Positions 49,041 to 61,394 of a stretch of 64,000 bases of DNA are shown here, one piece after another. The notes below the pieces were generated by a model. That model did no database searches, was not told where the DNA came from, and worked only from the letters and a program-made list of their open reading frames with translations. Source of the stretch: Owenia fusiformis (Eukaryota); assembly GCA_903813345.2 (NCBI GenBank), contig CAIIXF020000001.1, positions 2,790,001 to 2,854,000 on the forward strand, given 5' to 3'. Numbering within the stretch: the stretch's first letter is position 1; every line of letters starts with the position of its first letter. The position numbers and the translations under genes were made by a program.

Positions 49041-51119
49041 TTTCAGTCACCCATTCAGTAACATTCCAAATAAGATTCAAAATTCTAAATGATCGTATAG
49101 ATTTAATAAATTCATTTCGTTTTTATTATTTCCAACTATAATACCTTCTATTGACCCTTAATCATGTCAGCCTCTTTGACATATGGGTGACAAGAGGTTT
49201 TTACATGTGTATGGCTGTAGTACCTTCAATTGTACAATCTGATTTGTTAAGTGATCCATCTCGCATGAATTGATTACATGCTGATTGGCAATACGTGGAA
49301 TGGCTTTCCTACTTTGACTATCAATCCATTGCACAATTAGAGTGGAAATTAGCATCAAATCTAGCTGATCAGTAGTAATTCTCTCTCTGAATGACATCTA
49401 AATGCGTTAGACTTGATGAATGGGGTAGACGTATATTTTAAGTTCCAGTAATTACAGGGCATAAAGAAAACAGATATTCATTTAACATGATGTTAGATTA
49501 ACATTTAAAGGCCATTTGTGCCAAGGTATTGGATTTACAAGTTGAAATTAGATTTTTCCGTTTCATTGTGACTCTGAAAGTGTCCAATTGGAGTTTCACC
49601 TGATTTCAATAGAATTACACAGTTCCTTGAATTTTTATTTTCATTTAGTAGGATATTGTACATTTTAAAGAAAGATTATTGTTCATGGAATTTCTTGATA
49701 TTTTATCAGTTTGATTCAAGATAGATGGAAATGATTTTCTTCCTCCTCCTTAGGTCAAGCCGACTTGTGGTTATCTCTAACACATACCTTAGATCATGTT
49801 CTAACAGCCTCAGCATCATTTAAGGACCATTTACACATGTTCATAGGCAAACATAGCTCAAGTCTGTGTTATATTGGACCACAAAGAATAAGCTGTACTG
49901 CTTCAACTTCCTGTCAAAAGGTGACGAAAAGTTAATCTTTGCCTAGTATGATATGTTATTTAACAGATCTTTATATATTCCTTGTTGTTTTGGTTAGTTG
50001 TTTAAACTTGGAATAAACACTTATTTTCAACAAGTTTGCACAAGAATTTAAAAGACAAACATTATGTCTAATCTTTGAAACCTCAAGTTACTCATATCAT
50101 CAGTTATATTAATTAAGGAGGAGATTAAACATGAATGAGTTTTCACTTTGCATCAGAAAATACTTGATATTTGTGAAATATAACAAGTAGTCGTCTATAG
50201 ACCAATGAGAACATGTAGCCATCTATAGGCCATTCAGGTAATAAGTAGTCATTTATGGACCAATCAGATAGCAAGTTACTTACTATCTTTGGCCAAATTA
50301 GATAACATGTGACCACCTATAGACCAATCAAATTAAAGGGACACATTTATTATACGCATCAATGAAAAAATAATATTTAAAGTTGTTGTTAAACTTTTCT
50401 GATAGCAATTGCAATATCATATATAGATACTAGAAAAAACTTCTTTTTATCTTAACAACTATGATATTAGATGATCTTAGCTACCCAATCTTACACTTTA
50501 TACCAATGAATTACTTAATCCTAAATTAGCATGTACATAATATCCATAATATGCAATTTTCCACTTTAACTGCCTACAATTAGGTAACAAATTACTGATT
50601 CAAAAGTCAATATCAATCAAATACAGGATATTACTTTTTGCAACTACATGTACGTTAATCCAGTTCTGGTTGATGGTATCAACTATAATAGCTAACTACC
50701 CTTTGGTGAAAATAGCATGATTTTGTTTCACATGCATCCAGTTCAGAGCCAAAGTAGAGGGGTGATATTTTTGAAAAGCTTTAAGAGAATTACAAGACAA
50801 TATGGAAAATATATCTAGGTTAAGATGACACGAGCACAATTTGACTGTATTTGTTGACCATTTGTTGTCAACATTTAAAAGTGTTTAGTGATGCCATGAT
50901 CTTATTTGGCATTACACTAAACTAAGGTCAAAGTGTGCTTTTTACGACAAATATATGCAATTTTTTTGTTGCGTTGACGTCGTTGTGTACTAAGTTAAGG
51001 TTCAAAGCGCTCATCTCTTTGGCGTTATTCATATTCACAATAGTGGATGTGAACTGAATGTCATGTATATACCAGTTTCGTTTTATTATTTAGAAAATCA
51101 GTGCCAATTTTATTTTAAG

Positions 51120-51731
51120 ATAGTACTTATTGTATGTTTCAGACAATCACTGCCAAATTTATTTTACTGTAGTTCTAGGTTTCAGATAATAAGTATCATA
51201 CAAATTGTATAATAGTACTTATTGAATATTTCAGACAATTTGTATAATAGTATTATTGAATATTTCATACAATTTGTATAATAGTACTTATTGAATATTT
51301 CATACAATTGCATAATAGTGCTTATCACATGTTTCAGACAATCAGTGCCAGATCTATTGTATGATAGTACTTATTGTATATTTCAGACATCAGTGCCAGA
51401 TCTATTGTAAAATAGTACTTATTGTATGTTTCAGACAATCAGTGCCAGAGCTATTGTATGATAGTACTTATTGTATGTTTCAGATAATCAGTGCCAGATC
51501 TATTGTATGATAGTACTTATTGTATGTTTCAGACAATCAGTGCCAGATCTATTGTATGATAGTAGTTATTGTATGTTTCAGACAATCAGTGCCAGATCTA
51601 TTGTATAATAGTACTTATTGTATGTTTCAGACAATCAGTGCCAGATCTATTGTATAATAGTACTTATTGTATGTTTCAGACAATCAGTTGTATGATAGTA
51701 CTTATTGTATGTTTCAGACAATCAGTGCCAG
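51120..51731 (+). repeat. 49-bp tandem array composed of the EXT1 exon 7 3' splice site plus the first 14 exon nt
   Basis: Unit ATAGTACTTATTGTATGTTTCAG|ACAATCAGTGCCAG-ATCTATTGTATG. Acceptor-like AGs end at 51337, 51386, 51434, 51483, 51532, 51581, 51630, 51679 and 51717, with degenerate ones at 51142, 51185 and 51234. Confidence 0.95.
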
Positions 51732-51807
51732 GTTTATTCCCTACAAAGACATCCAGACAGAAGCAGTGCTGAGCCTGGATGAAGATGCCTTATTGACCAC
51801 AGATGAG
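51718..51807 (+). CDS. EXT1: Exostosin-1 exon 7 (TISARFIPYKDIQTEAVLSLDEDALLTTDE; GT64 DxD motif)
   Basis: tttcag|ACA...GAG|gtaggt, 90 nt. Only the last acceptor of the array gives an open frame. Confidence 0.93.
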
Positions 51808-52175
51808 GTAGGTGTCTTTACAGTAATACATGTGGCTAATATTCAAATGATTTTTATCAACCAAGTGTTGTATTGTTGTTAGCGCTGGTGGGTGTCATCA
51901 AAATTTCATGAAAAAACGCTTTAACTTCTGGTTTTGTTTTGGGCATGCTTTGTAAATAACTTAGTGACCATTTTGAGTTTTTGGATAAAAAGTGTGATAT
52001 TTATCATTATGTGCCTTGTTTTAATCATAATTTATTTAGCCCAGAAGGAACAGACTGCACGATTACATTTTGCCATACATGTCCTGGACTTTTAGATATA
52101 AAATTATAAGTTAGATCTCTTTAACGTGCTCATCATCTCATTACATCATGTCATTACATTATTGCTATGTTCCAG

Positions 52176-52336
52176 GTGGATTTTGCATTCTCTGTGTGGC
52201 GGGAGTTCCCAGAAAGGATTGTGGGATACCCGGGTCGCAACCACTACTGGAGTGATGCTCATGAGAGGTGGGCATACACATCAAAGTGGACCAATGATTA
52301 CTCCATGGTTCTCACAAGTGCTGCTTTTATACACAG
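52176..52336 (+). CDS. EXT1: Exostosin-1 exon 8 ([25 protein letters not shown]...[17 protein letters not shown])
   Basis: ttccag|...AG|gtttgt, 161 nt. Confidence 0.96.
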
Positions 52337-52361
52337 GTTTGTAGAAACCCAAAGATATATA

Positions 52362-52546
52362 CAGGGTGACACAAGAACAATGGAATCATCATGAATTTTA
52401 TTGTATAGAGTGTCACTGAATGATACAATCAGATTTTAAGAAATTATGTTTAATTTACATGTTAGGACTAACCTACACATGATAATTTAAGAAGATTCAG
52501 TCATAATTGAGAACGTTAAAAGTGTTGCATTTTTTGTGTCACCCTG
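52362..52546. mobile_element. Tc1/mariner-type MITE (TIR CAGGGTGACACAA)
   Basis: TA|CAGGGTGACACAA...TTGTGTCACCCTG|TA, 25 nt into EXT1 intron 8. Confidence 0.8.
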
Positions 52547-52979
52547 TATTACAGTTTTATTAGGAGTATTATTCTCTTTTTAATTCATAATCCAAGAGCA
52601 CTTTATGAGAGAATTTGCAGAGTTAAAATAGTTTGATAGTTCCTTACCCATCATAATCTCCATGGTAACAACAATGGATTATGGAATTGTTTCAGGTCTG
52701 AATATTCTGTACTCCAGCCTTATTGAAGAACAGCATAGAACTGCAGTTCTTTTTAGATTGATTTTATTGGTGATATTTAATGGTATACACTCAAAATGAA
52801 TTCTTTGGGAAGAGAGAATGAATAAAAATTGCATACTTTGTATTTGGTTCTTGTCTCCCAACACTTAATATAAAAAGAGCTGTTTGTATAAACATGTTTT
52901 ACTGTACCATTCTTTCTTATTCAAAGTTTGAAGATACTATGTGTACTGTAATAAAAAGGCAATCTTTGTTTATTTGCAG

Positions 52980-53337
52980 GTATTATTTGCATTACTATAG
53001 CAACTATACCAGTAAACTGCTGTTAAAGACTGTCAATCAACTCCACAATTGTGAAGACATTCTCATGAACTTTGTTGTTAGTCACCTGACCAAGCAACCG
53101 CCAATCAAAGTCACACAACGAAAACTTTACAAAGACTCCATGGCCCCAGGCCGAACGTCAAAATGGCTTGAGGCAGAGCATTTCAATCAACGGCAAATAT
53201 GTATGAATACATTTGTTGATGCCTTTGGTTACGTTCCATTGAAGCGCTCTAGCGCTCGCTTTGATCCACTTCTATATAAAGACCCTGTTGCAAATTTTAG
53301 AAAAAAGTACAAACAAATCGAAGCAGTGGTTTCCTGA
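52980..53337 (+). CDS. EXT1: Exostosin-1 exon 9, terminal (YYLHYY...NCEDILMNFVVS...PPIKVTQRK...HFNQRQICMNTF...FDPLLYKDPV...KKYKQIEAVVS*)
   Basis: ttgcag|G acceptor, EXT1 C-terminal motifs, tandem stops TGATAG. Confidence 0.96.
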
Positions 53338-55008
53338 TAGAGTGATTTCCGAGTAAAATAGGAAACATATTCAGTCGAAGGAGTTCTCGGTAGCCAATCA
53401 GTAGTCAGCATCGATGGATAGGAGCCATTCAGCTGAAAAGCTATTCAGTTTTGTACACAGACACAAAAATAGGGAGTTAGTTCATTTTAGTTCATTTTAT
53501 TTGAGTCATTTATTGTTGCAGTGCTTAAGACTGTAAATGTGTAGCTATAACTCTTCAGTTCACTATTATTATCATTGGAATCTCATCTCATGTATTGCTC
53601 ATAAATAAGTCATCAATTTCACAAAGTAAATTGAAAGAATTGTAATTTAAATGCACAATATATGTTGACAAACAAATCATATTGCTGATTGTATTTATTC
53701 AAAGTTTAGACTTGGAATTGCTTTTCATTATGTAAAAATTGTATATTTATGCAACTGTATTCACAGAAATATAGCTAAATGAAAATGAAATATTAAAAGC
53801 TAGATTTGTGCAGAAAGTGCCTCAAAATGTGGCTGCCAATTTCGAAATCATTGCTATTTGAAATAATAAAGTTGTTACATATTTGTTGTTTATATTATTG
53901 ACTTACAGGAACAAGTTTGAATATTTATAGATTGTAAACAAGTGAAATATTCATGAAATGGCCCCCTGAAATTATTACCTATTTGGCAGTTTGTATGAAA
54001 TGAAAACTTGATGTATCATTTGGTAGTTTTATTTCAATATGCAACATTAAGCCATGGCCACTTGACATGAGTTTTTGTGACTCGTCCTTGTGTACAGTTG
54101 CATATTTTAGCTGAGATGAAATTCCAAAGTCATTCTTTTCTTTTCAATGGTGCTTCAGATGCACACAAGCACCATTGAATAATTAACTTTAAAATTACAC
54201 ACTTGATAAATGGAAACGATAATTATGATAGCGGATAGATATATATTATAAAACCATTGCAGTATTTTTAACAAAATGATATTCATGTAGTACTGTAGTT
54301 ATGTATTTACTGTACATTGGTGTCTCCTTTCATAATCAAGTCGCTTTTGTGCCATTTCTGGTTAAATTAATTCCAAGGTTAACTTACATATAACACTATA
54401 TCTGGCCAAGATAAATCATTATACCATATTAGGACAGTATGAATCATATTAGGTCAGTAATGACCAAATAAGGTAAACTTGCATCACATTTTGTACCATA
54501 TTCTTACAAATAATACTATAGGTAGCTTCAATTCATTTAATAATGTAATGTTTTTTGATATATGTTTCACACAATTTTTAATAAATTATGTCTAGCTGTA
54601 AATTTTAATTGATATTATGAAATTTTTGAGATGTTACATGTACAATTAAATGATGATGAATTAATGATAGGGTAAAAAGATTCAAAAGAATGCATTTGCA
54701 AATTCTTTTAATCTTTTGTGTACAAGATAATTGTGTTTGGCCAACTTCTGACAAGTTTGGTATAATGACTAAACGCTTGTGGTCTTTTGGCATAAAGGCT
54801 TATTGTTTTATGGCTTAAATGCTTATGATCTTTATGCAAAAAGGCTTATGAGGAAAGATGATAGATATTCATTTTGCATGCTTTTACAAGAAAATAACAA
54901 AGAGAACATGAGGTCTTCAGTGTGTTTTTAATCCAACGCTTCATAGTCACATTTCCCCAGTCTATAACAGTGTGTAGTATTCTGGGTAAGTACAATTGTA
55001 CCATATTA

Positions 55009-55075
55009 CATGGTGTCCATGAAGTCTCTTTACAATTACAAAGTCTGTGTAAAATGGAACTTTTTGGACACCCTG
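55009..55075. mobile_element. Tiny Tc1/mariner-type MITE remnant downstream of the EXT1 stop
   Basis: TA|CATGGTGTCCA...TGGACACCCTG|TA. Confidence 0.55.
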
Positions 55076-57290
55076 TATATTGCTGACCTGTTTACGTGAG
55101 TACAATTCTGACCCAATCGTCATGTTAGTTTGTGGTATTATTGGCTCAACAAGAAGCGAGGTTCACCTTTTGAGTAGCCCCTTACTTGAGCTGCAATTCC
55201 GCAGTAAGTTTATGATATGATGAGGGTCGTGAATTGTCCACATTGTTTATGTCTAGTACAGCTTTCCTTACCCAAAGAACCAGCATAATAACTTTAGCAA
55301 ACAATGCCAAGATGGTTGCCATAAAGAAACATTTCAAATTATTTACATCAATGTTTAATAAATATTTAATTGTGATATTGAAAAACAAGCAATAAATTGA
55401 ATTGTTTACTTCCATCTTGGCACTCTTTGTTTTTGAATTGTAGATGAATTGAAGTATTTAGTCCTGTGTATTATGTTTCATGTGAAGCAGTGCACTGTAT
55501 TATAGAACAGTGTAATGTACTGTTACAAACTCGTAGTGTACCTCTAGTGTGCTGGATGTATATAATGTCAGCAGTCAGTCCACACATCACATGTACAAGT
55601 AGTTTATTTATTCTCAGTTTTTAAAGCTGAAATATGTACAGTACAAGAATTGATTTTTATCAAATTTTATCTTAAACTACAGTACATTAGATAATGATAC
55701 GGTTTTAATACTAAATTGTTTTTTTTATTTAATTTTTATTATTTCTATTGAATACACAATAATAAGATAAAAATGTTGTTTGCATCTTGATTTTAATTGG
55801 TAGAATTTGATAAACGGTTTATACTCAGATAATATATTATGGTTTTCAAAATATATGGTTATCCTAATATCTAATGGTGTACACCCTGTAATAATTGGTT
55901 CAGTATGCCAACCAGTAGAAGGCCAATTTTCAGCATTATTTATATATTCCTTATATTATCCTGTTTGTATGCTATGTTTTGTATGTACATCTAGTGACTT
56001 ACATGTATCGAAGGGTGTTTCATTTAATCTTTCTACTCGGTTGTCTCTGTTGGAACATTTCAAAAACTTACTGAATTTTCTATACTCATTATAACAGGGC
56101 ATCAATAGTTGAGTGCAATTTCTATCCAAATTGGGGTGTTGATATATCAAACAATTCAATGAGAAAACAAAAAGAACCTGAAAAAATCATCAAGGCATTC
56201 TCCAAATTGAGGTTCATCAATCCTAGGGCCAATCATGCACTGAAATGCTGTTATATTATAAAGGGGTGGACACTGGACAGTATCCATGTTCAAGTACTAT
56301 TTAAGACTTACAGGATGTGTACATAGAATATAATGCAAGCTCTTATCAATATGTCAAGCCTTTTGAGAATACTGGATCATATCAAACATAAGTTGCTTTT
56401 TGCCAAATCTGTTTCTGCAATAATGCTAATCATGTTATGACATAAATCATGTTATCTGCACATAGGGGGATATGATGTGTTCAATGTACAATACTGTATG
56501 TTACATGTAGCTATATCACTATGTAACAACATGCAATGAATGTGATGGCATTTATTATGATACCAGCAAAATACAGTGTATTTAAAGTTATTATGAACAG
56601 GAAAAATTCAGGATGGATAGTTTGAAATAACAACTTTTTTCATAAGACATTCTGTGTTGGCCTAATTTCTGTATATTTTACTGTCTAGCACACAGGTCCA
56701 AGATATTGCCAGTGTAAATGAGCCATTTTTGGCCTGTGTTGAAGACTAAAAAATGCAGTTCAGTGTTGTTGTCAACCAGCAAATGATACAAGGGCTATTG
56801 TTTATTCTGGGTATGATCCAGTCTTTCTGGTGATCCATTCTGCTTTGACGTTTGCCAAATGAAATAACAGCATCATTTTTAGTTCTCATATTATTTTCTA
56901 ATCTTTTTTAGTATGTTCAATCAAGTATTGCAACAACGACTCGTATTTTACGCATCTGACATTTTTCTGTATAGTCCACCAACTAGCCACGCCTTATTAG
57001 TGTTTTACATTTTTAGTTCAATCAATCAATTGATGTACAGTAGGTTAATATTGCATTAAACTCTACAGGATTGTAAAGTGACATGTTATTGTTGCTTTGC
57101 TGTCTTGATTGAGTTGATTGAGCAGCTTTGCTTCCCTCGAGTTAACCAATGGCAATGCCCGAGACATCACACTCATTATTAAGGGTTTTGTCTCATATGA
57201 ATCAAGTTATACCATTGGCTGATAAAGTGTAAAGTTTTATGATATATGTACATGTATGAATTAAATCAATGTTTTGTGAAGATTTTGATG

Positions 57291-57345
57291 AATAAATAAT
57301 TTGATACAAAATATAATAATGATGTTTGTTTCTGATGTTTTATCC
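57291..57345 (+). terminator. Candidate distal EXT1 polyadenylation signal
   Basis: AATAAA at 57291-57296 followed by GT/T-rich GATGTTTGTTTCTGATGTTTT. A proximal AATAAA also lies at 53865-53870. Confidence 0.4.
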
Positions 57346-58278
57346 AATAAAGTCCCATATCACGTTTAGAACGGGGATTCTGGAAAAGTCATTGGATAAT
57401 GGGAAGAATACTTTAACTATCTAAGGAGGCAGGTCATTTCCACTGATACAAAGAAGACGAGAATTTTAAATTTTCGTTGAGCACTTCAAGAATTCTGACC
57501 TCGATAAAAGCAAACAAACAAAGTTGTTAACATACAAAATGTCACTACCTGCTATTTGTTACAGATGATGAACACCAACTGCCAAACACCATCCACAGAG
57601 TTGGAGACTATAACAATATGTCAGCACTTATGAAGTGACATAAAAAGCATTGAACCATGCAGCACATTTTACATCATTCATCCAGATCATATTCATATTT
57701 TACTCCAAATGCACATACAGTTTTCATTATATATTTTAAAGATTGAGGACTCTGATCTACGTGCTTTTTGGGGATCTCTTTTAGACATGATAAAGTATGC
57801 CCCTTCACTCATATGCAAATACTAGCTGGCAATCACCATGAAACTACAAAAGCAAAGGGGATGTACATGTTAATATTTTTTCATTTATTTGAATAACAAA
57901 GTTTTGTACAATACATTAGGTAGCACAATTGTATGCTACTTGTACTTAAATAATATTACACAATATTTTGAGACTATGATGTGTTTAATATCATGATGTG
58001 TTCCCCTGTCCAACTAAATCTAAAATGTGAAATGGAATCAGAAAGCTGAAGATACCACACATGTGGGCGCAAATGAGTTTGAAATACATTCAAAAAAATA
58101 TTGGCTTTATAATGGATAAAGCAATTTTTCACTGAACATGGTGATTTAACACTTTATCCATTAAAAAGCCAAAATGAGGTAACTGAAACAAAGAGACATA
58201 TTTCACCCCAGTAAATACTGATCGAATGATTGATTGATTGATTGATTGATTCCATTACTTATATTCTACCAAGCAATA

Positions 58279-58440
58279 CAGTCAAACCTTTTGAAGTGGA
58301 ACACCTTTGATACCTTAAAATAGTGTTCCACTTGGGAGGTGTTCCACTTCAAGAGGTTCACTTTACAAGTTAATGAGTGGATAGATTTTGAAGTGTTCCC
58401 CTTATAGATGTGTTCCACTTAAAAAAGTGTTCCACTTAAA
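58279..58440. mobile_element. Left part of a Tc1/mariner-type MITE (CAGTCAAACCT) with GTGTTCCACTT subrepeats
   Basis: TA|CAGTCAAACC start and five GTGTTCC(A/C)CTT units; right TIR not seen. Confidence 0.5.
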
Positions 58441-59279
58441 AAGAAACAAATGTATTATGTAAATCACCATAACACAAACAAGTATACTAGGACAGCATAC
58501 ATTGAGCACACAACACATTGGAAGCATTTTCACATTTTCAAAAGTATATGTACAAAATTCACAAAATGTTTTTCAAAAATATGCAAATTTTTAAATCAAC
58601 AGATCAATTTTTAAAATGACAAATTGTTAAAATGCATTATTGAAAATTACACACCATTCAATATTCAATCATTATTCCACAAATCTGTAATATGACTAGT
58701 TTCAGTGATTTTTATAGTGCAAATTGTACAAAGATGGAAGAAGTCTCTAAGATGGGGCCTGGAAGGTGTATATATGAATTCATGTATCGGATAATCTTAA
58801 AGAATCACTTGTTATACATGTTCCCTGGACCTTAACATCCCCAATTCCCTGTAGATATGAGTTGACTCTTTTTTGGCCCTATCTTAGTGATCCTCCCTCC
58901 CCCAAAATACAATAAAGATAAACTCTACACTATATGAGCACATTTGGTGTCTGTAAACATTTGCAACATTTTATTGTGATAATATGCCCCTATATGGATT
59001 ACGGAGTGGTTAGAAGGAAATTGTACAAATATGGTTATTTAGTTGCAATAATTTTGATTTTACAGAAAGAAAATCCATATGTTTGAAAATATCAAAAACG
59101 TACATAGGAAACCTACCAAATCAATATACCATTCAACATTATCTAGTTATTGGTAAAACGGGGTATAGCTGATCAGATACTATGGGATACAGGTTTGCAT
59201 AAAATCCAGAGAAAACTTTTGTTAGGGTTGTTCTAAATCCAGATTATATTGAGTTTTGCCACACAGCATTCTGATTGTA

Positions 59280-60960
59280 CTAAAACATAGGATTCAGTAT
59301 TGCCCTAAAACACAGGATTCAAGACTGCTTTAAATCCAGATTGCTCTAAAACACAGGATTCAGGATTGCTCTTAGTCCAGATTGCTCTAAAACACAGGAT
59401 TCAGGATTGCTCTAAAACACAGGATTGCTCTGAATCTAGATAGAGGATTCAAGATTATTTAAAAGCAGATGATTCAGGATTACTCTAAATCCAGATTGAG
59501 GATTCAGGATTGCTCTAAATCCAGATTGAGGATTCAGGATTGCTCTAAAACACAGGACTGCTCTCTGAATCTAGATAGAGGATTCCAGATTATTTAAAAG
59601 CAGATGATTCAGGATTGCTCTAAATCCAGATTGAGGATTCAGGATTACTCTAAAACACAGGATTGAGGATTCAGGATTGCTCTAAAACACAGGACTGCTC
59701 TCTGAATCTAGATAGAGGATTCCAGATTATTTAAAAGCAGATTTAGGATTGCTCTAAATCCAGATTGAGGATTCAGGATTGCTCTAAATCCAGATTGAGG
59801 ATTCAGGATTGCTCTAAAACACAGGACTGCTCTCTGAATCTAGATAGAGGATTCCAGATTATTTAAAAGCAGATTTAGGATTGCTCTAAATCCAGATTGA
59901 GGATTCAGGATTGCTCTAAAACACAGGATTCAGGATTGCTCTAAAACACAGGACTGCTCTGAATCTAGATAGAGGATTCCAGATTATTTAAAAGCAGATG
60001 ATTCAGGATTGCTCTAAATCCAGATTGAGGATTCAGGATTGCTCTAAAACCAGATTGAGGATTCAGGATTACTCTAAATCCAGATTCAGGATTACTCTAA
60101 ATCCAGATTGAGGATTCAGAATTGCTCTAAATCCAGATTGAGGATTCAGGATTGCTCTAAATCCAGATTGAGGATTCAGGATTATTCTAAATCCAGATTG
60201 AGGATTCAGGATTGCTCTAAAACCAGATTGAGGATTGCTCTAAAACCAGATTGAGGATTCAGAATTGCTCTAAATCCAGATTGAGGATTCAGGATTGCTC
60301 TAAATCCAGATTGAGGATTCAGGATTATTCTAAATCCAGATTGAGGATTCAGGATTGCTCTAAAACCAGATTGAGGATTCAGGATTACTCTAAATCCAGA
60401 TTCAGGATTACTCTAAATCCAGATTGAGGATTCAGAATTGCTCTAAATCCAGATTGAGGATTCAGGATTGCTCTAAATCCAGATTGAGGATTCAGGATTA
60501 TTCTAAATCCAGATTGAGGATTCAGGATTGCTCTAAAACCAGATTGAGGATTCAGGATTGCTCTAAAACACAGGATTGAGGATTCAGGATTACTCTAAAT
60601 CCAGATTGAGGATTCAGGATTGCTCTACATCCAGATTGAGGATTCAGGATTATTCTAAATCCAGATTGAGGATTCAGGATTGCTCTAAAACACAGGATTG
60701 AGGATTCAGGATTACTCTAAATCCAGATTCAGGATTGCTCTAAAACACAGGATTGAGGATTCAGAATTGCTCTAAATCCAGATTGAGGATTCAGGATTGC
60801 TCTAAATCCAGATTGAGGATTCAGGATTATTCTAAATCCAGATTGAGGATTCAGGATTGCTCTAAAACCAGATTGAGGATTCAGGATTGCTCTAAAACAC
60901 AGGATTGAGGATTCAGGATTACTCTAAATCCAGATTGAGGATTCAGGATTGCTCTACATC
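59280..60960. repeat. ~1.7-kb minisatellite, 30-bp unit GGATTCAGGATTGCTCTAAATCCAGATTGA, with higher-order variants
   Basis: Dozens of near-identical units. The left part interleaves a GAATCTAGATAGAGGATTC.AGATTATTTAAAAGCAGAT variant block five times. Confidence 0.97.
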
Positions 60961-61017
60961 CACATCACACAAGAAGCTCAATGATTGCTAGCAACATATT
61001 TATTAAAAGCACATGTA

Positions 61018-61176
61018 CTAGAAGTTTTGTTGTCTTTTCTTCTTAGCTTCTATAGCGTCATGAATTGGTTGCCTCTTGGCATGATATCGTTTATGAAGTT
61101 CCTCAATCTCACGCTCCATTTCTGGATCTAGGCTTGCTATTCTTTGTTCTAACTCTTCTAAACTCATATTCGTAAT
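61018..61176 (-). CDS. STK3: Hippo/MST (STK3/STK4) kinase terminal exon, SARAH domain (ITNMSLEELEQRIASLDPEMEREIEELHKRYHAKRQPIHDAIEAKKKRQQNF*)
   Basis: ttttcag| acceptor; LDPxMERE IEEL..RY.AKRQPI.DA..AKK.RQQNF is the MST1/2/Hippo C-terminus; TAG at 61020-61018. Confidence 0.95.
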   Translation of the reverse strand: MTNMSLEELEQRIASLDPEMEREIEELHKRYHAKRQPIHDAIEAKKKRQQNF

Positions 61177-61394
61177 CTGAAAAAATGATAACTTATATTC
61201 AGCTAATTATAAAGTTTATGTTACATTTATTTTGTCAGTGATTAGGCAATATGAGAATTGAATTAATAATCGTTTTGATATGCATGGTTCAAAAGATTTG
61301 TATTATACAGATTTGTCTTATATTGTTTCTTAAATATTGTCTAGCATGTTTTCTCTTTAAAAGTACATCCATTTTTAGAGCTTGTGGCACTTAC

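Noticed and set aside
48052-49061. ORF-track calls 48052-48423 (-) and 48693-49061 (+) as functional genes
   Set aside because: No recognisable domain; at best by-products of the decayed pseudogene-like region.
51120-51731. Regular repeat arrays (also 59280-60960 and 63179-63275) as CRISPR-like loci
   Set aside because: No unique spacers, eukaryotic intron context, no cas genes.
59280-60960. 30-bp unit is stop-free in one frame per strand (SGFRAILNPQ / IQDCSKSRLR)
   Set aside because: Frequent indel variants break the frame; no start or splice support.
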